Origin: Phoronis australis
Taxonomy: Eukaryota > Animalia > Phoronida
Length of the DNA stretch: 64,000 bases
Direction of reading: 5' to 3'
NCBI GenBank assembly: GCA_002633005.1
Contig: NMRA01000087.1
Location: 439,393-503,392 of the forward strand
Shown here: in pieces, positions 1 through 12,301 of the stretch
How positions within the stretch are numbered: the first letter of the stretch is position 1
Layout of the letters: each line of letters begins with the position of its first letter
Notes under the pieces: generated by a model
What the model saw: only the letters and a program-made list of their open reading frames with translations
Database searches by the model: none
Told to the model about the DNA's origin: nothing
Translations under genes and position numbers: made by a program

Positions 1-1066
1 TCCAAACTGTTATGTACTAATAAGTCGTGGTAGTGTCAGAGTGGACCGTAGGCAGTGTCACCGTATGACGTCATATCCGCTAGCGCGTGCAGTGTAAAAA
101 TGGCCCGTTGCCGATTTGGGCGACTGAACGAAGGACTACTTGAAAAAAAGTTTGATTACGGGAGTATTTGTTCGAGTGTAAAGGAATTAAAGACATCGGT
201 GTCCCTGTATGCGCGAAAGTTACTTACAGCAATCTCACTTGGATGATTTTATCAGTGTGAGGCATAATCCACCGAAATGTTTCTGGCGTATGAAGACCCT
301 ATGAGAAGATCACCGTCTCTACTGCTAAGTAAAAACGGCGGTACTGTCTAAGTGAACCCAAGATTCTTATTATAAACTCTTTGAAATTAAGTTATAATGT
401 CTATGAATAAACACCAGGTTTATACAATTATTTTTATATTCTCGTTCTGTAGTACAAAGTTTTTGATCGATTGACGTTCATTAGTGATTAATTGCATATA
501 ATTGACGAAATTTGAGAAAATTGTTGATTTTCATGGGCTTGTGTTACTACATATGTGTCACATGGGCAAATATGTCTAACACTTACAAAAGGTGAACTTG
601 TTTGCTTGAGACCTATACTGTGTGTTTTTTCATTTCTTGTGTAAACATTAGTTTACATTAGCAAAATACATTTATAGATCAAAACATTAAAATTGTATTA
701 AACACCGAATACAAAGGGACGGTTAGTAAGATAATACGTTTGGGGCATAGCCTTGAGGTCCAGCTGGTTTGACATTGTGCGCAATCAGTCAACATTTTAC
801 AGTCACTGTGACTGTTTTGAGGAAACACCTGCACTTTACCTGTGCACGTTGAGCATGTAACAAAATTAAAGTATAATAGAAGGTAGGCATCCATCATTCA
901 GACAAGCGGTGAATCCACTGACCAATGGATAGATAAATGGGGGTAATTTACATTTCTCCATTGAGGAACACAAAAGAGATCCAGCAGGGACTCCCCTTCT
1001 CTGTCCACTGTCACTTGTTTGACATTTTCTTCTTCGACATTTCGATTTTTGCAAACCGCTTCGCTC

Positions 1067-1234
1067 TTAGTTTTCAGTGTTTCCCGTATTTGCAAAGATC
1101 CAATCTGCATAAGCTGAGACACGTGTATTCACTGTTGGTACATCTTGGCATCCTCTCTTTGAGAAACTCACTATTCCAGCGAGCGACCATACTTTATTTT
1201 TACCTAGACATGATAGAGGTCCTCCGCTGTCACC
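1067..1234 (-). CDS. Mosaic serine protease, terminal exon (catalytic Ser, GDSGGP)
   Basis: tttcag acceptor at 1235-1236; translates GDSGGPLSC...[12 protein letters not shown]...[14 protein letters not shown], then stop; phase 0 matches the upstream exon. Confidence 0.93.
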   Translation of the reverse strand, partial: GDSGGPLSCLGKNKVWSLAGIVSFSKRGCQDVPTVNTRVSAYADWIFANTGNTEN

Positions 1235-2239
1235 CTGAAATGACGTTATAGTCACAGCTTATAAAAAGAGCAACGCAATCCCTAGACAATACCACTATCT
1301 GAATTGGGCCAGCGCCGCTGGCACAGAGGGTGGTCATTCCATAGGACCGCCATGGGCCTGAAGCTTTTCGGCAAATTGTGCCTCACAGTGACTAAACCAT
1401 CAAAGTCAAGTTGCTATAAATACCTTGTATAGAGAGACACATTATGAGGCCGTTGTGAAGTCATTAATTCATTCCAACTCGTAAACATACTTCAATAAAT
1501 TAAGATTTTATTCCAATACGTCTTTTATTCGTCAACCATGCTATTTTGTCCAGGTACTAGAAACAAGTTTCAAGCACTAGCGAACACTGGTGGAACACCA
1601 ATGTAGTGAGTTAGTGACAGGCTTACACGCAAGATCATGGAGGTCGACCTCCATGCGATTTAAAGATTTACATTGACTCTAAAGAAAAATGGCCCAGTTC
1701 CCTAGTTCGGTAACTGACGGAAGGACTATTTGGAAAGAAATTTTAATTTCTTTCTGGAATATTTGTTCGAGTTGGACTGGTTTAAAGACTCCAAATTTCC
1801 TCCAAATGATAGCTAAATACCTATAATAATCATTCAACTTTGATAGTTTAGTCAGGGTTAAGCACAATGTGTAGAACATATCCCGGCGTACCGGCTTCAT
1901 TAGGGTGTGCCATTGCTTACGCAAGCCCACGACTGCACTGCATCTAGTATGCTTCTAGGGATGTTCCTAAAAGGGTCAGTAGATGGTGCCGAATATGTCG
2001 GACTCTTTCGAAAATAGGAAGGTTTTGTCATCTCTTTAATAAAAGACGGTTTGCAGAATTTCACTAAAATTTGCCTAGGAGTTCCCAAAGATGCAACGGC
2101 AAACGTAAATAATTATATCGAAAGTAAGTTTAAAGCCGTCATTTTTTGTTTTGTAAGGATATATTACCAGTATTCAAGGCCGTGGGCCCAAGGTACAATT
2201 AAAGTTATATTTTTTCCATAATAGAAACCCATTTCTTAA

Positions 2240-2885
2240 AGTTCATGAAAAACGGCAAAGGTAAACATTAAGCGCCAGTAGGGAGCATAGCGGTAGTCAA
2301 ATCCGTCTAAAAGTCGTGGTCATCTGTGCTCACATACACATGGAAACACACGCCAAATTTCACAAAAATCCCTCAACTAGTAAAGGAGATACAGTCGCAG
2401 ATGCAAAACACTAGGGGGCACCACAGTAGTCGGGCCCGCCCAAAAATCAACGTAAGATGTGGTCTTCTCAGCAGAAACAAATAGATCAATTTTCTAGCTG
2501 TTTGGCTGATAGGGAGGCCGACACCGAAAACGGACTTGATTAAAGAAAACGTACGTTAGAGGGCACAGATGTGTCAAACTCTTCAGGAAATTGAAATGCG
2601 GTGTTGTCTCGTTAAAACAAACCTATTTGCCGAGTTTCATAAAGTCCGTCAATTGAAACTTGGAAGAAACAGAAACAAACGTAAACAACTAAAATTTCCA
2701 CTAGGGGGCACAGTGCCAATCACATCGGTCCGACACTTGTCGTCATCCGACATCCAGCTTCAGAGGAACTCATCTGCCAAATTTCATTAAGATCTTGCAA
2801 GGAATTTAGGAGATACAGCAGCGGACGCTGGAGGACCGTACAGAGAAGACGGTATTATGCACTCACAAATGTAGACGTATAAAAA
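2240..2885 (+). mobile_element. Older truncated copy of the same HINE-like family (four core units)
   Basis: Shares CACTAGGGGGCAC, CCACAGTAGTC, CCAAATTTCA, AAGATCTTGC and GGAGATACAGCAGCGGACGC with 16205-17496; about 140-bp spacing. Confidence 0.7.
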
Positions 2886-3514
2886 TGGTTGCTTGACCAT
2901 GCGTTTTAATGTTGCATGGCGGTGTACACGGTGGACGAGGACGGACAGGGCCATACATTTTCAAAAAGGCCTTGGTAAATTTCACTAGATTTAAAAAACC
3001 AACCAACTTTGCTGTGAGACTGAAGTATGTTTTAATGACAATAACGCGAATAAGTTTGACTGAGAACTATCTGGACGAGTATGTATGATGTGTAGAAGCA
3101 CCATTCGCCAGGTATTCCTCAGTGGGTTGTGAGCTATAGGGGAGCATTTCGTGAGTACTTTCGCATGTCAATGTAATTTATTTTTGTATAGCTAAACAAT
3201 ATATGTCTAATGTATTATTCAAAAAGGTTTTAATTGCACATTTTCTGTACAAAACGAAGCTTTCATGGACTAAACTTGCATACGTGTTATAGAGGGCGCC
3301 CTCTAACAACAATCGTGAAAAATTTCAATCGGTGTCCCCAGAAAAACCGTGGTCGTAAGACCGCCTACTTTTTGTTAGAAATTTTGAAAAAAATTTGAAA
3401 GCTCGTAAAATATTGCTTATTTCAATTCCAAAGAATCCAAAATAAAAATGGTAAAACCAAGGATTCAGCAATTTTAAAAGTTGCTGCTGTTTTACTGATC
3501 AGGATAGTACTTAC

Positions 3515-3690
3515 AAAACAGCTTATTGGACGACCTGTCGTAAACCCAGCGCAAACCATAATGCGGTCGTCGTAGGCTTTATATATGGTAGAACAGGTAT
3601 CATTGGACAACAGACGTGCCCTTCCCTCTCTCAGCTGCAAAGGGACGCTGACCAAGGGATCAGATACGTTCGTCGTTGGCTGAGGATCAC
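3515..3690 (-). CDS. Mosaic serine protease exon (LREG..RLLSNDTC...MVCAG...SC)
   Basis: ctag acceptor and gtaagt donor; 176 bp, phase 1 to 0; S1A protease motifs. Confidence 0.9.
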
Positions 3691-4283
3691 CTAGTAGGCA
3701 CAATGGGGAAGCTTAGCTATTTTTAAATCTCGATTATACTCTTCTTACAGTAGTTGAAATATACATGTAAAACGACCTTCTCATTTCAATCAAGCTTGGA
3801 AACCATTCTAAAATGGGTTTTCAGCGCGCTTGAACAGATATTCCTTCTTAAACTAATTCGTGTGGGTGGAACTTTAAGTCTTGTTAGTGTACCTACAGTG
3901 GTCCACTGAAGCCATAATACAATGAATTATGCTGGAGAGCCTGAACAATATGTAACGAGCCGAGTTCTAACGCTATAGAAAAGCGAAATTTCGCGATATA
4001 CAGCCTTGCATTTTCAATGAGAGCACATAATTTTGACAAAGATTTTCTCCCCGCAAGACACTTATTAAACTCGACCCCGATTTATCCTCACGATTGCTCA
4101 GCGCTTTTCATTGAATAAACATACCTATATTTGAAGATGCTATTTTGATATCAAGTGCCCTCTTTTGAGTGTTGATCGCAATTTTGTGGATGTCTAACAT
4201 GAACTGTCAATTTCATTTTACAATTCATATTCGTGTACATGGTGTTTATAGCTTGAATTCTTTATGGCTTACTTAAAACTTAC

Positions 4284-4564
4284 GAAGACCAGTATATCCC
4301 CATCCAGTAATGTAGCAAATCGACGACAGGTGGTGCTTTTCGTCTTGTTCTGGGAGGCAAATCGGTGCGATGTTGTCATCGAATGTCACGGCGTGTGCGA
4401 GTTTCAATAAACCGATGTCGTTGAAACTGCCAACAGTTGTATTTCCGTTCAGTGACCAGTATCCGGGGTGACTAACAATTTTCTCAATCGGTATCAATTT
4501 GTATGGAGCTCCATTCTTGTCTATACGCGTTCCACCGACGCGTACAAAAAACTTGACGCTCGAG
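4284..4564 (-). CDS. Mosaic serine protease exon (catalytic Asp, NDIGLLKL; PICLP; ITGWG)
   Basis: ttcag acceptor and gtaagt donor; 281 bp, phase 2 to 1. Confidence 0.93.
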
Positions 4565-5052
4565 CTGAAGTACAAATAGTATGACCGCTAATGGTGAATT
4601 CCTATAAAACTGCTGTATGTAATATTTCTTGTGTTTCAAAAAACTGAAGGAATCATTCCCAGTTAGGCCTATACTCTTGCTTTACATATATAGCAATGGG
4701 CTACACTGGAAAACTTTTATAAACCGACGTTCCGTCCAAGATTAAGATCATCTTGTTTCCTTACTAAGGTGGGTAGTGATATGTGAGTTTGCAAAGAGCT
4801 AACAGTTCATTGGTCGTCGAGACCGTGCTCAGAGCATAAAATGACACGTCATGAAAAGTAGCGCGTGGTCTCACAATGACGAATAGTCAGGCCTTTCTAT
4901 GTCCTGAAATTGTGTCCAAGTTGATGAAGGAAGACTTAGTTATTGTCACGCAACGTGAGTTCATTTGCATCAAGACTTTGCGTACCTGCATCTTGAACTG
5001 CAAAGTGTTTGCTATTGGTTTGAGCTTAACAGTTGCCTTTATCATGTACTAC

Positions 5053-5272
5053 CTTTGAATGAGAGCTCCCTCCATTCTTATGGAACAATGTGCCGCAGTC
5101 AACACCCATCTCGCATCAATTAGCACTCCTCCGCACAACACGCCAGGATTTTTTCCTTTGGCGGAGGTCACGTGGATCGCCACCATCCAAGGCCAGTTTC
5201 CAGCGGTTGCCAGGTTACCACCAATTACGTATTCTGACGGTATAGTCAAACTGGACGGCCGCTTCCCGCACA
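5053..5272 (-). CDS. Mosaic serine protease exon (CG-x-RP linker, activation site VIGG, catalytic His TAAHC)
   Basis: tttcag acceptor and gtagta donor; 220 bp, phase 1 to 2; [14 protein letters not shown]. Confidence 0.93.
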
Positions 5273-5598
5273 CTGAAACGATGAGATTATTTTGGTGAGG
5301 ACATTCTAAATGGTGCGGGAAACGACCGTCCAGTAAAACAGCTGATAGATGTCTTGTTATTAAAGGTTATTGGATATGGATAATGATTTCCAACAGCAAT
5401 ACCTAACATGTACTTGGAATTTCAGCTACAGTAGAGCTGAAAATACTTTGATGCTAAATAGAACAGTATATTGTTGCTCAATTGGACATCAAGACTGCTC
5501 ACTTTTTAAACAAATATTAGGCAGAACATCGGCTCAAAGTGCACTAGCTAAACAGAGGATTGACGACGGTCACCTAAATTAGATTTGTTTCCACATAC

Positions 5599-5648
5599 CT
5601 TTCTTTTCACACTTAATCATTACGATCTTCTTGTTAATACAGCTACTC
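5599..5648 (-). CDS. Small exon, C-terminal end of the SRCR domain (SSCINKKIVMIKCEKK)
   Basis: tatag acceptor and gtatgt donor; 50 bp, phase 2 to 1, bridging the flanking exons; C-x-x-x-x-(I/V)V-x-(I/L)-x-C pattern of TTSP-type SRCR domains. Confidence 0.78.
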
Positions 5649-5915
5649 CTATAGAGATGAAAGTCAAATAAACATAAGTAGTGAACAGTGTAAAAGCTAC
5701 TTCTACAGAAATGGAAGGTCAAGCCAAATCAGTGAACAAAAGTAGTGTAACTTGTAAACTAGTGTTACTTAAAATTTCTGTCATCATCATGCATTGGTCA
5801 TTTCCTTATTACTGCCATCGAGTGATGGTCAATAGCACTCACAACATTATGCGATGTGATGGTAATTAGAGGTTCGACCGTAACCTTGTTTTTTTGTTAT
5901 TCAGGGCAAACAACC

Positions 5916-6073
5916 CAGGGGCGAATCCAGGATTTTGAGTTAGGGGGGCCACGACAGATTACTAGCCAGGATATTGCCCGTCAGACATTTGTACCTTCGA
6001 ACTGACAAATGGAATCCGGGAGAATTTTAAAGGGGGCATGGCCCCCTTGAACCCTACTCTAAATCCGCCACTG
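5916..6073. mobile_element. Short MITE, CAG...CTG termini, 5-bp TSD
   Basis: CAGGGGCGAAT / ATCCGCCACTG imperfect TIR; CAACC on both flanks; partial related ends near 10340-10390 and 50780-50802. Confidence 0.7.
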
Positions 6074-6861
6074 CAACCGAAAACCAAGAGCCAGAAACCT
6101 GACGTAGACCCAAGGAAGAAACCTTAAGACTTAAGACCAAATCCATGTATGGTATGCTTACTTTAATATATTTTATGTTATATTGAGAGCGGTTTCTGTT
6201 ATATGACTATTACCCTGGACACCCGTTCCATACAAACGGCTGGGTTGATTGTGTTTGATCCTATTTTGGGACGTGTCACAAAAAGTTGTGGATCTAGATA
6301 ACTTAACTCTGTTTTCTATGTGCATAGTATAGTCGCAGTGAAGCGCAGTTTTGACTAATTCGCCGTTAATTTATCGTGCCGAAGTAGCGCTCAAGGTTGT
6401 CGAACAGGAACAGATAAAATATGTTCGCACTTTAAGAATTCGTTGTGCATTATAGAAACACGCCATGTACTTTATTGGTATTGTGGTGTTATTTTTAGTT
6501 GGTGATATTTTTAGTAGAGAGCAATCTGCAGAGAGCATTTACGCCTTAAATAACGCCAGTTACTCGCAAAGCAACTGGTTGACAAACTTCAGCTCACGCG
6601 ACGGAAACGGCGAGCATTATGGGGGTGTACGCACCGTTTACTCCCATAAGTGAGCATTTGGTGAGTCTACATCCAATCACTTTAAGGATGGCCATTTGGT
6701 GTGTTATAACATAGGCTGCCAGATAGCGGCGGAACGTGTTCTCGTTTACTTTTTTTTTAGTCCACCGATAGATTTTCGGAACAGAAGGTTTACATTCCCG
6801 GCCCCCGCAACTTTCGGAACCCCTGTGCACATATAGTAGCGCTTTGCCCAATTCCCCCGAA

Positions 6862-7114
6862 NNNNNNNNNNNNNNNNNNNNNNNNNNNNNNNNNNNNNNN
6901 NNNNNNNNNNNNNNNNNNNNNNNNNNNNNNNNNNNNNNNNNNNNNNNNNNNNNNNNNNNNNNNNNNNNNNNNNNNNNNNNNNNNNNNNNNNNNNNNNNNN
7001 NNNNNNNNNNNNNNNNNNNNNNNNNNNNNNNNNNNNNNNNNNNNNNNNNNNNNNNNNNNNNNNNNNNNNNNNNNNNNNNNNNNNNNNNNNNNNNNNNNNN
7101 NNNNNNNNNNNNNN
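6862..7114. other. Assembly gap
   Basis: Run of N; a second gap at about 13192-13308. Confidence 0.98.
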
Positions 7115-7340
7115 CAAATGAAATTATAATACTCTATTAAAAGTAATATTAATAATTAAGGCACATTTATGCAGCGATGTACACTACTTAGAAATTCAAA
7201 AATTATTACCTGGCCATTGCTCAATCGCAATCCTTCTCATACAATGGGTGCAACCGTTGTCGAAGTAGGTCAATAAATTGTGACTGCATTCCTATTCCTA
7301 TTTGTGATTGCTTGTATTTCATTCGGTGATAGATACTTAC

Positions 7341-7442
7341 GTGCGTACAAACAGCCCTATTATTGTGTTGTTGGTTTTAACGTGAGAACGCACTGCAAAA
7401 GTGGACGAATTTCCTGTTTTGGTCTTTGTTGATGCTAATCCA
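7341..7442 (-). CDS. SRCR domain middle exon (GLASTKTKTGNSSTFAVRS...)
   Basis: tttcag acceptor and gtaagt donor; 102 bp, open, phase 2 to 2. Confidence 0.75.
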
Positions 7443-7831
7443 CTGAAAGTTGAATACTCACATTGGGTAAAGGTTCATACTATTCAAATAAATTAACCAC
7501 GTTTATCGTGGGGTTACTGTAACTTTAAACTGTCATCGACAAAGGTGTTGTTTAGTAAACAAGTATGCAGGAAGTAAACGATACTGAGTTATGTAGCCAT
7601 AAAGAGCCTTTTAACAAAGTTACAAGGTTGGATGCTTAGGCACTGAAACTGAATGGAAAAAAATGGCGACCTCTTCAAATGATTAAGTGATAGAGCACTG
7701 ACACCGGTGAAACTACTTTGACGAAACTCAGCGTCTTCTATTACATTATAGGTCTATGCATTTCTTTAAATTCAGTTTCCACAAAAGCACTGACAAAATA
7801 TTGATGAGTGGACTCGAAGCTAAAAACTGAC

Positions 7832-7964
7832 CTATTGCCTGTCAGCAAGCACAGATGACCAGCCAGTGCGTGGGTCCAATTTTCCGAACAGACCGGTAGC
7901 CATGTATCGGCGGAAAGGAGTTCTACTGCAGCGTAACCATCCGCGTCTGTGGCAGACATCCGCG
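7832..7964 (-). CDS. SRCR domain first exon (VELL...TWLPVCSENW....A..LC...G)
   Basis: tgtag acceptor and gtcagt donor; 133 bp, phase 1 to 2; W-x-x-V-C-x-x-x-W SRCR motif. Confidence 0.85.
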
Positions 7965-8545
7965 CTACACCAACAATTAGAGAAAGTATGCGGTGAAACG
8001 CCTTTAGAGTCATCAGGTCACACATAATAAAACACTGACCATCACAATGGGTTCCTGGATGCTTATTTACTTCAAATAAATAGTAAAACGTAGGGTAATT
8101 AATTCCAAGACTGAAAGCAAAACGGGCACAATTATCGGTCGGAATTATCGCTACACCAAGATCAAGAGTTGACAAACTTTCTGTGACGATTTTTCGTTAT
8201 TCACCAATGTAGTAAGCTACTCAGCGTTTGCAAGGTAAGTGGTGACTTACTCACTGGGTACACTTGACATGGCCGGCTTTGCGACATTTGAGTTGTTCTG
8301 CTGATTTGGTTTATTTTGTTCGTTTTTTATGTAGCCAGGTGCATCTGAGGTAGTCGTAAAATATGAAAAATTTAACTTTGAAATTAGTTTCTATAGACTG
8401 TGCAAGTTTTTTAAAGTCTCTGGCCTAGTATAATGTTCACACTGTCAGACCTTGCACACTCAGTGGAACAGACTGCAGGACTTGACAAGACGCCACGTCA
8501 TGTTAGACTTATCCACCTGGTTTCCGGCTCTCGTACTCATCTTAC

Positions 8546-8656
8546 CACATCCGTTTTCATCACTGGTGTCCTTGCAGTCGTGAATGCCATTGCACCGCTG
8601 TACCCTTGGAATGCACTCGTAATTCTTGCATTGAAACTCCGACGCTTTGCAGGAGG
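8546..8656 (-). CDS. LDL-receptor class A exon ([15 protein letters not shown]...CNG..DC.D.SDE..C)
   Basis: Six Cys plus SDE; phase 1-1; 111 bp; gtaaga donor. Confidence 0.92.
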
Positions 8657-10467
8657 CTTGAAATTGCAAAATGTACTGTAACAGTTGAACCAAGCACAGA
8701 AGCAATGAATATCAAAGCAATATTGTACTTTGAAGAAACCTTCATGTGACGGGATGCATCCTATTTTACTAGTCCTCTACCTTATCGATGCGCATGCCCA
8801 GAAGCACAAAGCGTCGCCGTGAGCTCACGAGACTTGTTAGTGCAAACGAAGGGGCGTTGCTTATTTCGGTTCAGTATAGTCAGGCGATCAAGAGCGTCAG
8901 CTCGTATGGCGAAATGTCTGTAAAATTCCACTGACTACTGAGCGGGTGTGCATTTGGCTGCAGACGTCAACCAGTAAATGTGTGTGGATTTTTACGCTTA
9001 CCAGATCATAAAATAATATACAACACAAGGCTCGGAAAGCAGCATGGTCCGGTCCAGCCCTGCAACTATAATGTCCCTCAAAATGTTTTGTCTCATACAG
9101 TTTGGAAAAGTTGTTACTACGTTTATGAAAACGAGAGGGTTTTGGCGATCCAAAGTATATTCGGGAGTATGATATTCAATGCCATAGGCCCAGAGCACAG
9201 TTTTTAATAAAATAATTGTACTACAGGGGCACAGTTACAAATATTTCTTTAGACACTGATGATCTCGTCCATATGTTGTAGCTTAGAGGCCAGTTATTTG
9301 AACGGCATTGCGCTTAAAACATGTTGGAAAAAGAGAGGCTGTCATCGTAAGTCGTGTCTTCCGCTGTTACGCCTTGGATTGCATCGTGTCTCGCAGATTC
9401 ACCCACTGTCAGCGTGATTTGACCTCACGCGCGAAACAATGTAATTTGAATGCCCAACTTAAAAACAACAACAATAATTAGGCGAGATTTACGTAACTAT
9501 GAAAAAAACAAAGCACTGGGTTATGGACCAGGCAAATCTAATCCGCCAGTCAACTCCCCGAGAGCTTACAATGGGTGAAACCCTTGTCGGCACACACTGA
9601 TTACTCCAAACGCATAGTTTTGTAAAAGTTTCAAGTGTCAAGATGGTGACCTAAATGGGTAAAATCTATGCCTTGAAGATTTATAAAATGTGTTGTGACT
9701 GCATTTTTTTCATATTTGCAGTTCCAAATCGCACCATAATAGTGACAGACACGTTATAACTGAACATCCTTATATTTAGATTGTGGGAATTTTTAGATAT
9801 ACATTTGGCCCATAAATCATGGCCTACCAACTTGTGCTCTACTGTTTATTTTGTTTCAATTTTCATGGTTTCAAACAACAAATATATTGTTATCCTTGGC
9901 ACTGAAATTCTTGTTGACTTACAAAAAACGTTTGAAAACGACATTTTATGCGGATTCAACATGGTCTTATATTCGGATCGTTAACTTTTTGAAAACTGCT
10001 ACGAACCTTGTTCTATAAAAAAACAGCACCCTTCGTCACAGGTGTTATTGTTCTTTCAAAGCAAAGTCATCGCGTTCTTATCCGTTGCTTTAATTGAAAT
10101 TATTTAAAACAAATCGCCTTAAATTCCCCCGACAACAGCACTGTCTTGATTGAAACTGCACATGGTCTGAAGCAATAACAACCAGCCAGTTTTTTTTTTT
10201 CGAGCCTAAAAATCATTACAACAGAGAAACGAAAAAATGAGACTGTTTTTCTGTACAGTAAGTGGAATATATTTTCATGAGGTCCCGTGGGTCGAAGTCA
10301 ACAATTAGAAAGTTCTAGATTTGATATGACTGAAATCAAGGGGAAAAAAGAGGGGCAGGACCCGCTTGACCCCCCTGGATCCGCCTATGGTTCCAGTCTT
10401 ATTGCCCCTTTAAAGGCAGTTCGCCGATAAGGCCACCGCTACCGGTTTAGCAACTGTGTTCACTTAC

Positions 10468-10575
10468 CGCAATTCTTTTCGTCACTCCCGTCTGAACAAT
10501 CTAAGTCTCCGTCACAAACAAGATCTTCATGGATACATTCCCCACTGTAACACGTGTACTGGTGAGCTTGGCAAC
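10468..10575 (-). CDS. LDL-receptor class A exon ([14 protein letters not shown]...[17 protein letters not shown])
   Basis: Translated by hand (not in the ORF track); six Cys plus DGSDE; tgtag and gtaagt; 108 bp, phase 1-1. Confidence 0.92.
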
Positions 10576-10634
10576 CTACATGTATCAACGACAAACGATT
10601 AGTTAGTGTCGCTGTCTATTCTATATGGAGTTAA

Positions 10635-12301
10635 AGGAGAATGCCACCCGATTTAATTAGTCTTTTTACCGTCTTAATCGGTCTATATCCACACCGCCTC
10701 TTATACGGTCGACTTCACCTTGCCGAGAGGTGTCGCGTTAACCTGTGAGGAAGGTGAGAAACGACGCAGCGACGTCAGTGGTTCGTCTGCAGAGTGAATG
10801 CCGCTATATTGCGGTGCATCGTTCCCGCTTGTCCGAATTACGAAGCTGCGAAGAAAGCGGGTATATTGTTTTTTGACTTCCTCGAGAGCCTGAAATGCTT
10901 AGGAAATGGCTCGCGGTAGTGAAGAATGAAAGGTACGCGCTGTTAATAGCAAGTATGAGGCCGTGAAACATTTCCGTGTCTGTGGCCGGCATTTCGTCGA
11001 CAGTGATTTCTCTGACAAATTCCAGCTTACCAAAGAACTATCCATACGCTTCGTTGCCTGTGCATGTTCACGGCGCCTCTCTAGTATTTCTTGATCAGTG
11101 TAATCCGGTTCGAACTGATAGCCTGTGAAACATAACGATCCGACCCGTGAAGTCTTCGTCAGATGAGCTCTTGCCGACTAAGTCGGGATTGGGGCCAGGC
11201 GAGTTGTCATGCAGACGTTTATTATTCTGCGTTTGTTTCAAAATGAATTATTCTCATCCTAACCAATGCTTATATAAAATTAAAAAGTCTGTCTCATTAG
11301 ATACAATTTGTGATGCCTTTACAGTATTCGTGAGTGCAAATGTTGAGAAACCAGCAATGAATAAACCACTGCGTTACCGACCGGCTTTTGATGCCGGCAA
11401 TAAAGGTACTTGACCGGGCACCGAGGCCGTGTGAGTGCATACTAATTCAGTGTTTGCTGACAGAAAGCTGTTGTGAAACAATTACTCGATTTTATATGCA
11501 ATAGTCACATGCTAGGGGAATCTTTATTTAAAAATACAAATACATTATTCAAATCATTGTTACTGTACAACCTTTGCCCTGAAGGTCTGTGGAAGGGGAA
11601 CCCAACTTCGCGGCCCCCGACAAGTAAGTAGATTTTCAGTTTCGTGGCTAATTCACATAAATAATTATGTGCACAGTTCTTTGGCTCACTATTACACTGT
11701 ATAGGCTTTTCGTGACTGGATGTTTAGTTTCCAACTCAAGCTGGTTTATGTTCGTGCCAGTCCCGGCGGCCGCGACGAGCCTGATCGGGTTTCGAGCCAC
11801 TGGTCGGGATAACAAGCGTTTTGTGTGTTTAGAAATCAAAAAGTCACAAGTATAAACAACACAGATCTAGGTTCTCCTGTCTGTATTTCACCGAAGAATA
11901 CTTCGAACTTAACTTCGAACAGACCCCAAACTCCTTCCATGGACTTTGGTAAATTGGCCTGCTGAACTTTGTAGGCTACGGTATGCCAAATACCAATAAA
12001 TCCGTAAAAGCGAAATAAAACAACACGTTTTTATAAGAACTCGGAGTAATCTTAAGGGTTTTACATCGAAGTTTGATGATTTATTAGTGTTAAACGATGA
12101 ATTCAAGCGATAAGCTGACACCAGTAACCCGTGTTGTGAACTGCTGAACAGACTGAGTGTGAAACCAATGACGTCATTGGATAATTTCAACTCCTCCGTC
12201 TGCCGTAAGGTGTCAGGTAACACAACCGAACGAGCCGTTATCGAGAAGAACTACTCGATCTAAATTGATAAAAATAGGTTGTTTTTGGGTGGCATTCTCC
12301 T
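10635..12301. mobile_element. Kolobok-type DNA transposon, internally deleted
   Basis: 15-bp TIR AGGAGAATGCCACCC / GGGTGGCATTCTCCT; flanks TTAA / ATAA; frameshifted THAP remnant on + (10798-11040: CIVPAC...LP...RKW...RVCGRHF); convergent remnant on - with GYQFEPDYT (KolX-like). Confidence 0.8.

Noticed and set aside
1679-2088. PRQILVKF resembling an L1 ORF1 motif
   Set aside because: Single short motif with no supporting context
6465-6861. Signal-peptide-like ORF or LINE 5' end with a 2A-like leader
   Set aside because: Short, interrupted by stops, truncated by the gap, and no NPGP or endonuclease motif is visible
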